Source: Carpediemonas membranifera BICM (Eukaryota > Protista > Fornicata). From it: a stretch of DNA of 64,000 nucleotides. Each line of letters begins with the position of its first letter. The first letter of the stretch is position 1. Shown here one piece after another: positions 11,936 through 22,865 of this stretch. Made by a program: the position numbers and the translations under genes. The notes beneath the pieces were generated by a model, which ran no database searches, was not told the origin of the DNA, and saw only the letters and a program-made list of their open reading frames with translations. Where the stretch lies: NCBI GenBank assembly GCA_019828565.1, contig JAHDYR010000013.1, forward strand, positions 248,001 through 312,000, given 5' to 3'.

Positions 11936-12952
11936 TCACCTTGCCCCCTTGCTCCTCACACCCTTCGCGACGTTAAGCTCCCGTGTCAGAGCGAGAAGCT
12001 TTTCTTCCAGCGCATCCTTGCTGCTCTGGAGCTCAGCGATCTGCCGCCGCATCCCTGCTCTAACCTGCGCGGTCTTCCGCTCCTCTGCCTCTCTTGCCTT
12101 CTGAACTTCGTCGCGCTCCATGACGAGCACCTCCTTGGCGTCCGCCATCTCCACAACCTCGGCCTCGCTGTTCATCTTAGCAGCAGAGAGCATGGCGTTC
12201 TCCTGCTCCAAGGAGTCCAGCAGCCTGTTCACCCGTCTAGTGACGTCCTTGACGTCCTCGTCCCATTCCTCCTTCGGCCGTGCCGTGCGGCTCTTAATGT
12301 TCGTCCAGATCGCGCCAAGGACCCGGGCCATGTGGATGTCGTGGTTCTCGCGTGCTGAGTTGGCTTGGCGGGTCGAGTCGAGCTCGTGCTGCAGTCTGCC
12401 GACTTCTGACTGCAAGAACTGGATCTCTCCCCTCAGTTGCTCAACCCTGACCAAGCCTGTCTTATCATCGCCCAGGCGCTTGGTCAGCAGCTCGTTGACA
12501 CGCTCCTTCTGACTCTCAACATCAACAAGCTCACGTTCAAGTGCGGTTCTTTCATCCAGAGCGACCTTGAGATCGTTCTGCAGCTTACCAATCACCATGC
12601 TCATATCAGAAGTGAGGCGCTTCTCGAGCACCTGGTTAGCCTTCCTCATGGCCCTCAGCTGGCCCTGCAGACGTTGGAACACTGGTGTGGACATAATGTC
12701 CGCTTCGACAGTGCGGTGGGAGATGGCCTCGGGAGTAGCTGCTTCCGGAAATGCATGAGATGATCTAAGGGGATGGTTCGGGGTTTGAGGGCGCGACAGG
12801 CTCGTGATTTCCTTCTGGCGACCTTCAATCTCATACCGAAGGGCGGAAGCGGTTCTTTCAAGCTCACGAACACGTTGCTGCTTCAAAGCGAGCTCTGTGC
12901 GGGCCTCGCTGACAGACATTGGTTGCTTACTTGGAGAAGATGGCGATGACAT
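11936..12952 (-). CDS. Hypothetical coiled-coil protein (338 aa)
   Basis: ATG-started ORF rich in E/K/R/L/Q heptads, with host-like codon usage. Confidence 0.7.
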   Translation of the reverse strand: MSSPSSPSKQPMSVSEARTELALKQQRVRELERTASALRYEIEGRQKEITSLSRPQTPNHPLRSSHAFPEAATPEAISHRTVEADIMSTPVFQRLQGQLRAMRKANQVLEKRLTSDMSMVIGKLQNDLKVALDERTALERELVDVESQKERVNELLTKRLGDDKTGLVRVEQLRGEIQFLQSEVGRLQHELDSTRQANSARENHDIHMARVLGAIWTNIKSRTARPKEEWDEDVKDVTRRVNRLLDSLEQENAMLSAAKMNSEAEVVEMADAKEVLVMERDEVQKAREAEERKTAQVRAGMRRQIAELQSSKDALEEKLLALTRELNVAKGVRSKGAR

Positions 12953-13033
12953 GGTTTTCGCTCTTCAGTACTTTTCGTACAATAACACATGTAAATGCAA
13001 CCCTGGCCCTCTAAACTGGCCCATCCCCCCCAT

Positions 13034-13882
13034 TTACCTCCTGGCTCGCCCAACAGCGGCAGTGATTGCCCTATAGCTAGACCAGGTAACTGCAGTGGTG
13101 ATGGCTCGGCGCAAGGCAACGAACTCAACGCCGCGGTACAGCGGAGCAATGCCCTCTTCCTCTAGCATCTCGCGCACAACAGCAACGATGCCGGCGTCCT
13201 TCCCTTGGGCCTTTGACAGCGCCACTCTCGTCCGGACCACATCAAGCGGGTACGCTGCGGCTGTCCCGACAGCGCCAGCAACAGCGGACACGATAAACTG
13301 GCTGGTCGGGCTCGCCTTCTTCTGGGCGAAGGGGCTTGTCGTGTTAACCATGGCGAACGAGATGCCCGAGTATATGACGTCCCCGAGCACCTGGATCATG
13401 GCCCCGCGCGTGTATGATGTCTTGAGTACATCAATCACAGCAGATCTCCCGTTCTTGTACTCCCAGACACCGACAGACTCCATGCGGGACTTGGCCACGG
13501 CGGCGGGGTTGGCAATCACTGCTGTAGCCGCGCGGGCAAAGGATCCAGTGAGTAGGGCGTGCAGAGGGGTCATGGCATGGCCGGTGCGGGCCCGGTACCG
13601 TCTGTTGGCCATCTGGAGCATGAGGAAGTAAAGACCGGCGCCGGGAACCACGCGCATGACGTTGGAAGTAGAACCACGCCATAGACCGGTAATGCCGTCC
13701 TCCTGGATGATTGTGCGGGCTGCTTGCGCGACAGAGGAGTACTTTTCGGCATCTTTGGTCTGTTTAGACTGCTGGAGACGAGTTTTGATCAGATCCATTG
13801 GCTGGCACGAAACGCATGCAATGGTAGCGCTAGTAGCACCAGCAGCAAAGTGGATGAGAGGGTTTGAACCAATATTTGACAT
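13034..13882 (-). CDS. Mitochondrial carrier family protein, SLC25A38/Hem25 (glycine carrier)-like
   Basis: Three carrier repeats: PMDLIKTRLQ, PAAVAKSRME, PLDVVRTRV. GLWRG…MRVVPGAGLYF and LRRAITTAVTWSSY resemble SLC25A38. Confidence 0.8.
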   Translation of the reverse strand: MSNIGSNPLIHFAAGATSATIACVSCQPMDLIKTRLQQSKQTKDAEKYSSVAQAARTIIQEDGITGLWRGSTSNVMRVVPGAGLYFLMLQMANRRYRARTGHAMTPLHALLTGSFARAATAVIANPAAVAKSRMESVGVWEYKNGRSAVIDVLKTSYTRGAMIQVLGDVIYSGISFAMVNTTSPFAQKKASPTSQFIVSAVAGAVGTAAAYPLDVVRTRVALSKAQGKDAGIVAVVREMLEEEGIAPLYRGVEFVALRRAITTAVTWSSYRAITAAVGRARR

Positions 13883-14485
13883 TGCGAGCACCACAGGATG
13901 CGATTCGACTGCCGCGGAGTCATCTGACGCGTTCTGGGTGATATGGACACTCCAGCATCGTGTCTAGTATGTAGCTGAAGAATGGGGGAAATTCTGGGGT
14001 TGCATGCTCTGTTGAAAGTGGGACTCAGCTGGAGAAGTCTTCCTGCCCAGCCTCCCAGCCTCCAAGTGAGGCCATGTTCGAGGCGATGCCTCAGCTCACG
14101 CAGAACAACAAGAAGCTGGAGACCATGGTTATCCGCCAACAGGTCGGCGCTGTTCGGAGCAACTGCGGCCCACGAGAGGAAGCGGGAAAGCCCGGCATGC
14201 AGCATTTCATCGTCTGTGCCGTCTGTTCCCTGGTTAGTGCGCTCAAGTGCAATTTCCAAAAATATTTTGTGAGTGCTTCTGGCAAATTTCAGCAGCAGCC
14301 GCAAAGTTTAGCGGTGAATATTTTTTGTTAAAGCGAGTGTATCAATTTTAAACTTGTTGATAGACCATATGACCAATAAGCCTCACGATGGCACCGTAAA
14401 GATAGTCTGAAATATGGCGAATCTCGCTAAAAAATGCTTTTGATGGAATCGTCCAGAAGTCGCTTTTTGGAGGACCTTCCAAGAG

Positions 14486-16138
14486 ATGGAGCCAGGAGCA
14501 TCAATCGATGGCTTCGGAGACGAAGTGACTATCTCCGCTCTCAATCGTCCGAAGAACGATACAATAGCCCGTGTGATGTCCGATGTTCCCGAGCCAGAGG
14601 GCAGCATTCTCACCGTGAACGAAGCGTACGGGAATGATACGGTCCCGAACCATAGGATGATCATTGAGCACTTCCAGAAGGAAGGGAGGCTTTCGAAAGA
14701 GCTGATCACGAAGATCATCAACGACGCCATCACTGTTCTGGGCCAGGAGCCGAACCTCCTCACCGTTGACGCCCCTGTAACCGTGGTTGGCGACCTCCAC
14801 GGTCAATTCTACGACCTTGTCCGCCTGATTGAGCTCGCGGGAGACCCGGAGAAGACGCGCTATCTTTTCCTAGGAGACTACATCGACCGGGGCACATTCA
14901 GCCTTGAGACGACCATCACGCTCTATAGCATGAAACTCTGTTATCCAAAGAATGTTTTCCTCCTCAGGGGCAACCACGAGTGCCGCCAGATGGCCGACTT
15001 CTTCAACTTTCGACTCGAGGTCCTCCACAAGCAGGACAACGAGGTCCTCGAGCTCTTCCAGAAGTCCTTCGACCACCTCCCTCTCGCAGCTATAGTAGAC
15101 AACAGGTTCTTCGCCGTCCACGGCGGCATCTCCCCCGAGCTAAAGAACGTCGCACAAATCAACAAGATCGACCGGTTCCGGGAGCCCCCCGAGTCGGGTC
15201 TCATGACGGACCTGCTCTGGTCCGACCCCGCTGTGCGTGACGGGCCCTCTGTGGGCTTCAAGTCCAACACTGTGCGGGGATGCGGGCATACCTATGGCTT
15301 TGCCGCGGTTGCCCGATTCCTCGAGGCTAACCACCTCTTATGTGTCGTTAGGGGCCATGAGGCTCAGAACGACGGCTTTAAGATGCACCGCACGCATCCA
15401 TCGACCAAGTTCCCGACGGTCATCACAGTCTTCAGCGCCCCCAACTACTGCGGCAACTACGCCAACAAGGCTGCCCTCCTCTTCATCGGCCCCAAGACTA
15501 TCAACGTCAAGCAGTTCAGCTACAGCGACCAGCCGTACGTCCTCCCGAACTTCCAGAACATCTTCGACTGGTCGATGCCGTTCGTCATCGAGAATGTCAC
15601 GGAGCTGCTTCTCGCGATGACTTCCCGACTCGGAGACCAGGATATGGAGGCTAGTTCGGAGGACGAGACTGCCGAAGAAGCCATATCTAGACGCAAGAGA
15701 ATATTGGCCAAGATCCAGGCCGTATCTCGTATGGCTAGATTTGCCCGGATCCTACGTGAGGAGAAGGAGACCATCATCAAGCTCAAGGGTATCGCGGGCA
15801 CCTCCAAGCTGCCGGTCGGCCTGCTCCAGGGCGGGTCCGAGGCGATCGACCAGACGCTGACTGCATTCCAGCGGGCACTCGAGCTCGATATGGCCAATGA
15901 GATGGCGCCCAATGCTCGCAAGCAAACCAAGCAAGAGATGATCGAGAAGATCGTGAAAGATGTACTCAACGCCCGTGAGGAGAGCGCGATCGCCCAGCGG
16001 GAGGGCCGAGAGGTTTCTGTACAGCAGGGTACTGTCCAGGAGGACACCGAGGAGGATGCGAGGGTACGGCGCCAGCTCAGGCGGGAATTCGAGCTGGGTG
16101 AGTTAGTGGCGCCGACCGTGAAGATATCCGCGATATAG
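14486..16138 (+). CDS. CNA: Calcineurin A (PP2B catalytic subunit)
   Basis: GDLHG, GDYIDRG, RGNHE, FSAPNY, CnB-binding FDWSMPFV, CaM-binding KIQAVSRMARF, autoinhibitory LDMANE. Confidence 0.93.
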   Translation: MEPGASIDGFGDEVTISALNRPKNDTIARVMSDVPEPEGSILTVNEAYGNDTVPNHRMIIEHFQKEGRLSKELITKIINDAITVLGQEPNLLTVDAPVTVVGDLHGQFYDLVRLIELAGDPEKTRYLFLGDYIDRGTFSLETTITLYSMKLCYPKNVFLLRGNHECRQMADFFNFRLEVLHKQDNEVLELFQKSFDHLPLAAIVDNRFFAVHGGISPELKNVAQINKIDRFREPPESGLMTDLLWSDPAVRDGPSVGFKSNTVRGCGHTYGFAAVARFLEANHLLCVVRGHEAQNDGFKMHRTHPSTKFPTVITVFSAPNYCGNYANKAALLFIGPKTINVKQFSYSDQPYVLPNFQNIFDWSMPFVIENVTELLLAMTSRLGDQDMEASSEDETAEEAISRRKRILAKIQAVSRMARFARILREEKETIIKLKGIAGTSKLPVGLLQGGSEAIDQTLTAFQRALELDMANEMAPNARKQTKQEMIEKIVKDVLNAREESAIAQREGREVSVQQGTVQEDTEEDARVRRQLRREFELGELVAPTVKISAI

Positions 16139-16330
16139 ATTTAAGGATGGATCTGTACACTAAATTTCAGCATGTCTCTGCCGTAGGCGATGTGGCAGTG
16201 CCCCTGGTCAAAGGCTCGTCATGCGTCATCGGCGAGGGCCACCATCCTACGTCACTGTGACGTTCCACGGCTGGCACGGCGTCGACTTGCCACTCGCCAG
16301 CGGACGTCTTTGTCGAGTTCGAAGCAGACA

Positions 16331-19300
16331 ATGCCCAAAGTGCGACGATGCCCAAGGTTCGCGGTTTCCAGCGATTCTCACACAGATGGTGTGTTACAAC
16401 AGCAGCAACACAGCTGCAACGCGATTCTTTCACACAGCACGCCCAACGCGTTTGATCCGCCGATTCCATGATTACACAGCCAGTGGTACGTATTGAGGCC
16501 GTATTCTCACACAGCGACGGCTGTAGCGTAGTAGATGTACAGATCCGCACCGCAAGCTCCGAGCACCCCGGCCCCGAGGGCATCCAGATCCTCAAGCGAG
16601 GCGAGACGCCAATCACCGTCCAGGACCTCGAGCAGGTTATCCAGTACCTGCTCAGCGAGAGCATAGAACCTGATACGCTGACGATGGAGCTCACTGAGCC
16701 CGCTGTTACCGTTTCGATAGTGAATGGCAGACTCGAGGCCGACCATGAGAACAATCGCGTTGAGTTCGCGCTCAAAGCATGGAACACGCGGTCCACGAAG
16801 CCTACGGAAGCTGGTGTGTGCATTAGGACATTGAGCGGGCACGAACGTTTGGTGCACGGTGTCGCCACCTCCCCCGACGGCACCATCTTCACAGCATCAG
16901 GTGACGGCGACGTCAAGCAGTGGGACTCGGCCACTGGTCAGTGTATCAGGACCATGAGACATGGTGGACGCATTTGGAGCATAGCCATCTCGCCGGACGG
17001 GTCGACCATTGCCACGAGTTGTGATGTAGACAGCTTCATTGAGGTCTGGGACACAAACACCGGACAGGGGACCCAGACGCTCATCGGGCATGCGTCTTAT
17101 GTGAGCTGCGTTGCATTCTCCCCTGATGGCCTCACCCTGGTCTCTGGATCGCACGATTGCACCGCCATGGTCTGGGACGTCGAGACAGGGCAGTGCAGAC
17201 TGACACTATCAGGTCATTGCCGTTATGTGCGTGGTGTGGCCATATCCCCTGATGGCTCGACAATTTACACTGGAAGTTTGGACTACAAGGTCAAGCAGTG
17301 GAGCTCCGCCACTGGCGATTGCATCAGGACCATGAATCATGGTTCCGGAGTGGCAGGCATTTCCGTGTCCCCAGATGGGCCATCATCGCATCAGGCGGTA
17401 AAAATGGCCATCAAGTACTGGGACACCGCAACTCCTAGCTGACTCAGACGATTGATGGGCACACGCGCATTATGCGGAGTATCGCCTTCTCCCCCGACGG
17501 CAGGACTCTGGTGTCTGGGCCCCTTAACAAAACCATCAAGCAGTGGTACGTCGCGACTGGGGCACTGATCAGAACGATCTCGGGGCACGATGGCAAGATG
17601 ATGGGTGTCGCCTTCTCCCGAGACGGCACCACTATTGTGTCTGGATCCAGTGACACGACAGCGAAGGTCTGGAGCGCACTCCCCCGCACCACCCAGTTCC
17701 AGGCCACCGTCAACCAGCTCTGCTCCAGCCCAGTCGCCCCCGATGCCGACATCGCCATCGACCCTGGCGACTCAGAAGTACTCCCCTGCGACCTCACTCG
17801 CATCATCCTCCACTTCCTCGCCACTGGTCTGCCCCGCTCCTTTACGATGACGCTGACCCGCCCCGCCGCCAGAGTCTGGCTGGAGGACAAGTTCGCCAAG
17901 ACAGACTCCGATGATGAAGGCCTGGCCAAGCTCATCAAGCTCTACATTGCATGCATATGCGACCAGAATGTTGCCGACTTCTGCTCGGGTGCCGTTTCTA
18001 ACGTTTTCCTGGTTGACGCAACAATCGACCAGTTGAAGCAGGTTGTGACTCACGTGACATCAAACGCAGTGCCGAGCAGCTTCACTGTCACCACCGCCGA
18101 CCCAGCCACGACCGTCACTCTGACCGATGGCCTATTCAGCGCCGACCGGCATGCCCTCGAGGTCGACGCGATCCTTTCTGATGTCAACTGCCGCATGCTT
18201 CAGACAGCCATGGCCGAGCAGGAAAGTAGGGCCGAGCAGAACATGGAGTTGCTCAGAGCTGAGCTATCTCACGCGAGGTCTGAAGTCGCAGACCTGAAGG
18301 CGACCCTGGCCTCGTTCTGCGCCTTCCTCCAGCCGGCCGTCCGCGAGACGTGGCAGTGGGCCCTCGGTCAGAAGGAGCTTGGCGATGACACGAGCGCCGA
18401 GGAGCGCACCATTCGCCAGTTGACTGGCCTGGCCGCCGAGGCTGAGGTCCGCCTGGCTGGGTTCGCCGAGGCCGACGCCATCACTGTGCAGCTCCAGACG
18501 CTCGGCGACTACCAGCACCTCAAGAGCTCGATGACAAGTCTCAAAGAGACGGTGGAGTTCTACAGCCGGCCCCGTAAGAATGGTGCAGCGATCCTCAAAG
18601 ATGCGGCGGATGACCTCGAGAATGCGAACGCCACACTCGCAAAGATGGTCGCCGTTCTGGCCCGCCGCACGCCGCAGCTCGTCCGGCTCTGCCCCGAGCT
18701 GGAGGCCCTCACCGCGCTGTCGGCAAGCCTCTTCACCGAGCTGCATGAGATGGGGCTGGCCCACCTCATGGACCTCCCCGAGATGCGCGTCGATCTGTCG
18801 CTGTCCGACTTCACCGTCGAGTCGACCGTCAGCAAGAACAGAGCGCTGTGCCAGATCGTGGCCCGCGACGGCCAGATCTACTTCACCAAGACTTTCAAGC
18901 TTGACAGCGCGCAGCAGCGCAAGCTCTGCGACCACGAAGCGGGCATCCTGTCGCGCATGGCGCACAGCCCCACCGTGCCCAGGCTGCACTTCGTCCTCCT
19001 CGACCTCTCTGATCCTGAGAGGAAGACCGGCGCGATCGTCATGGAGCGCCTCGAGCGCCACCTGCGCGACGCCTCAGCCAACTCGCCCGACAGCCTGCGC
19101 AGACTGCTCAACGGCCTGCTCACCGCGATCCACGACCTGCACAGCGCGGGCGTCTGCCACCGCGACATCAAGCCCGAGAACGTCATGCTGCGCGAGGACC
19201 ACCCCGTGCTCGTCGAATTCGAGACGGCCTCGAACATGGACGCCGTGAACGCGACGGCGCTCGCATTCTGCGCGCCCGAGGAAGTCAAGATGAGGAAGAA

Positions 19301-20926
19301 TCTCAAGCTCCGCCACCGCGAGCAGCAAGCCGCCGATGTATATCACGCGGGCATGACGACGCTGGCGCTGATGGCCATGGACTACACGGATTTCTGCAGG
19401 GACATCCTCTCTCTCAGCTGCAACAAGGACTTGCTCGAGAGTTCGACCGTCAACGACGACCAGCTCTGCACCGCCCTGCTCGCCACTGTCGCCGTCCCCG
19501 ACGCCCTGCGCGAGGTGCTCTCCGGCATGCTCGCCACCCACCCTGAGCCCGCTGGTCCGTCCGCCGCGCCCTGGCCGACGGCCTCTTCACCGCCGCTGCC
19601 AACGAGCTGGACCCCGAGTTTGATCTCAACGCGGCGAGCAACAGATTCGCAAGCGCCCACGCCTTCGTCGACGACATCGACCGCGCGCGTCTGCAGATGT
19701 TCCGCGAGGACCCGATCGACATCGCCCTCGCTGATGACATTTCGTCGAGCCTGGCCAGCATCTCCGCGTGCGAGGAGGACCTGTTCGCCATCCCCGCGAC
19801 GCTCTCGGGCGACGACTCCGCGAAGGTGCTGCTCGACCTGGTCGTCGAGCTTCCGCGCGTGGCCGTCCGCCAGGCCGTCGGGGGCATGGAGTTCGCTGTG
19901 CCCATATTCCGCGAGGGCACGCTGGTCTTCACGCCCGACGCCCTCGACATGCCGCTCGACGACCTGCGCCCGGTCCTGCTGGGGCTCGGCCGCGTGCTGC
20001 AGCTCATGCTGCTCGACCGCATCACCCTGCCCGCGGACATGGTCAGCGACGCCTGGCTCGTCGCGCTCACAGGCGGCCGCGTCGACCTGGGAGCGCTGAT
20101 GACCATCGTCGCTCAGGCGCTCCAGCGTTCTGTTGCGGAAGCTACGCCCGCGTGCCCGCTCGAGGGCTTCGAGGGCGACCTCAAGGCGTACGGCGACGAG
20201 GTGAGACGCCGCTTCGTCGAGCGCATGCAGATTGTCCGCAACGGCATGGCCGCGAAGACGCGCTTCAGCACCAAGGTTCTCGCGCTGACCCCCGCCCAGC
20301 TGCGGGCCTTGCTCGTGCGCCCCAACCCGCTCACGGTCGACACCGTGCTCGCCCCACTGCGCTTCCCCGCGGACAGCCAGGGTGTGCAGGACGCCCTCCG
20401 CGCCGTGCTCGAGGACGACGAGACACGCCGCTGCTTCGCCTTCCACGTGTTTGGCGGCCAGCTCCCCCAGCTTGGCTCCGTCGGCGTGACTCTCCACAGC
20501 CACCACCGCGTGTACGCCGACTGTGCCGGCGGTGCCCACCTGCCCCGGGTGACGGACCCGGTTGAGCTGCGCCACGCCGTGTTCGACTCGGCCTTCGCGG
20601 TGGCGCCACCGTAGACGTCTGTGGTATCCGCCGCTGTCCTACATGCGGGGAGCTGACCTTGCACGATGGTGGCTGGACAGCTGCGCCATCATCGCATGTC
20701 GTACTCAGCTCGACCAGGACTTCTGCCACAAGTCCCTGCTCTGCGTGCCACCAACCAGGAAGAGCACATGGCCCACTATGTCGATGAGTGCGAGATGGCG
20801 CCGCGCCAGACAGTTGACCTGCCCGAGGGCGTCGCAAGGCTGCGGCACATTCGCATGCCACACTGCCATTGGTCGGTCACAGCTGACCCCGTCATCCACG
20901 ATGGACGTGGAATGAGTACTGAGTAA
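16331..20926 (+). pseudogene. Disrupted multidomain gene: CxxC-x5-CxxC N-terminus (micro-exons), WD40 propeller, coiled coil, protein kinase, HECT-like, IBR/RING-like C-terminus
   Basis: About 7 WD repeats (GH…V.SPDG…WD), HRDIKPEN kinase, HECT-like C-lobe (…YADCAGGAHLP…), CPTC…C…C…FCHK. Several frameshifts (~17380-17470, ~19550, ~20605, ~20670) and an in-frame TGA at 17440-17442. Confidence 0.7.
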
Positions 20927-21299
20927 AGTTCGGTAGGTACAGCGCGATGCTTGGTCGGAGCGAGCTGACCCTGCAAGCTCGTTATTGCAGGGCCAGCTTG
21001 TTAGTTATCCATGTTGCTGTCTCTCTGTTTTATAATCCCTGCCCTCATTCACCGCAGCCAGGTCAACCACACCACCCTCGCGGAGTTTCTGAGAGGGGGC
21101 GATACCGAGTGATGATGATGTCGCCCGCAAACAGCACATGCACGCTGCTGAGGAAGAATGAGAGCATGTCCTCTGCCTGTAGGATGCAGTCAACCCGGAA
21201 TATAAGGTCAGCGAAGGTCCTGTTAGACCGACGTTACCCCAACGCAACCTGGCCGCTCGCTGAACCCATTAATTACGCAAACTGCATTTTACGACGATC

Positions 21300-22646
21300 T
21301 CAACGCCTAGCCCGCTTCTCTGTCCGCGCGAGTCTGACCCAACCCGTGCTAACCACGGTCCGCATCATGGCCCCTGGGTGGTTGGCTGTTGCCTGCGGCT
21401 GTTGGTCACCCTGTGGCTCGGCCGACACAGGGGCGGGCTGCGGGGCCTTGCTCTTCACTGCTACTCGCCGCCCAGTCTTGGCCACTGGCGGTGGGGCCTC
21501 CGCCTGTTCTACTTCACTCAAGTCTACTTCCTCGACTCCATCAGAGTCAGAGTCGTGGTCAGGGAGTCGAGACTTGGGCCCAGATTCACGGGGCAGTGTT
21601 GCCTCCGCTGCCTCTACCACCTCAGTGATGGGAGCCGTGCTGGGCGTCACGTCCTGGGACTGTGATGGTGTTGACATAAACTGCACCGACTCACCGAGCC
21701 TGAGTACGCCAAGAATGACGGCAAGAATCATCTCATTGTGATTAAGGATGAATGTCCGACCAATGGGTGACCCCTGCTCGCCCATGTTTCCGGCGTGTGT
21801 TGCCTTAGCGAGGGCAACAATCTTCGGGTCGACGTCGTCCAAGTCGTCGGCCACGAGGACAAGCGCGTGGTCGGTGGGCACGGGTGTGGTCGGGTTGACT
21901 GGTGTGCCACCTGACACCATGACTAGCGACTCCAACTCCGAATCTGTCGTGTATATTGCGTATCTGCGGAGGAAAGCAGATCTTCTTGGGATTGCGGGGA
22001 CAAGGTCAGCTTCCTCCAGCCCGGACACGAGTCTGGCGATCTTCTTAAGTGCCGGGGAGGGTGGTGGAATGTAATCCATCGGGTCTGGCACAGTCGTCGC
22101 CACACCATGGGCGATGCTCTTGCTCAAGGCGCCAAAGTAGTCCGGGGTGACGGCAAGGGCCCCGTGGGCAGCGGCATGGACGTTTGTAGGGTCTGGGTGG
22201 AGGTGTGTTGTGACCAGTAAGTTCGCAGTGCCCATGGGGGCGGGGTATGGAATGCCGAGGGCGCCAAGGTGGGATGAAAAAGGGCGGAGCTTGCTCCTGG
22301 GCGAGATGTGGCCGATGATTACGGAAACTGGGGTGTATGCTAAGGTGAACGAGTTCTTCGGACTGGGGCCGAAGGTTACTGTTTGGCCCACAGCAAGCTG
22401 GCCTGTTCCACCGCGCCGGATGGGGGTTCCGTCAATGACTACGCCTGTTTTGCTCTTATCCTCGATGTCTAGAACCATGGCATCGTTCTGCCTGTTGTCT
22501 ATTACTGCGTGTGTCCTCGAGATGGACGGATCGAGGATGACGACGTCCGCATCGCGCCTTCCGACAACGATAGGGAGCTTATGAAAGAAGAACGAGTTCA
22601 TTTCCCCACTGGAATCAGTGCACTGAAGCGCATAGATGCCATGCAT
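21300..22646 (-). CDS. NBS1: NBS1/nibrin-like FHA-BRCT protein
   Basis: FHA motifs VVGR, SISRTHA, SKTGVVIDG, VTFG, followed directly by a BRCT-like segment (…AVTPDYF…DYIPP…RRSAF…VMVSGG), the NBS1 architecture. Confidence 0.65.
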   Translation of the reverse strand: MHGIYALQCTDSSGEMNSFFFHKLPIVVGRRDADVVILDPSISRTHAVIDNRQNDAMVLDIEDKSKTGVVIDGTPIRRGGTGQLAVGQTVTFGPSPKNSFTLAYTPVSVIIGHISPRSKLRPFSSHLGALGIPYPAPMGTANLLVTTHLHPDPTNVHAAAHGALAVTPDYFGALSKSIAHGVATTVPDPMDYIPPPSPALKKIARLVSGLEEADLVPAIPRRSAFLRRYAIYTTDSELESLVMVSGGTPVNPTTPVPTDHALVLVADDLDDVDPKIVALAKATHAGNMGEQGSPIGRTFILNHNEMILAVILGVLRLGESVQFMSTPSQSQDVTPSTAPITEVVEAAEATLPRESGPKSRLPDHDSDSDGVEEVDLSEVEQAEAPPPVAKTGRRVAVKSKAPQPAPVSAEPQGDQQPQATANHPGAMMRTVVSTGWVRLARTEKRARR

Positions 22647-22865
22647 GATGAATCACCAGAACTGCCTCCGGTCTCACCGTGCTTTCAGATTGAGAGTTGG
22701 GCGAGTCACGCCGCGCCTTCACACAGCTATGGGCAGCACGGGCTGACGTGAACTGAGGTGATAGACTGGCCACACTTCTTCTCGGTTATAAGCTGCACCT
22801 TGCCGTGGTCTCTTCACTGGCCAACATCATAAACCACCCCTCCCCACCCTCTTAACTACCTCTCT

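Noticed and set aside
13900-14400. Short overlapping ORFs between the carrier and calcineurin
   Set aside because: No family signal; may be a divergent promoter or a small gene I cannot support.
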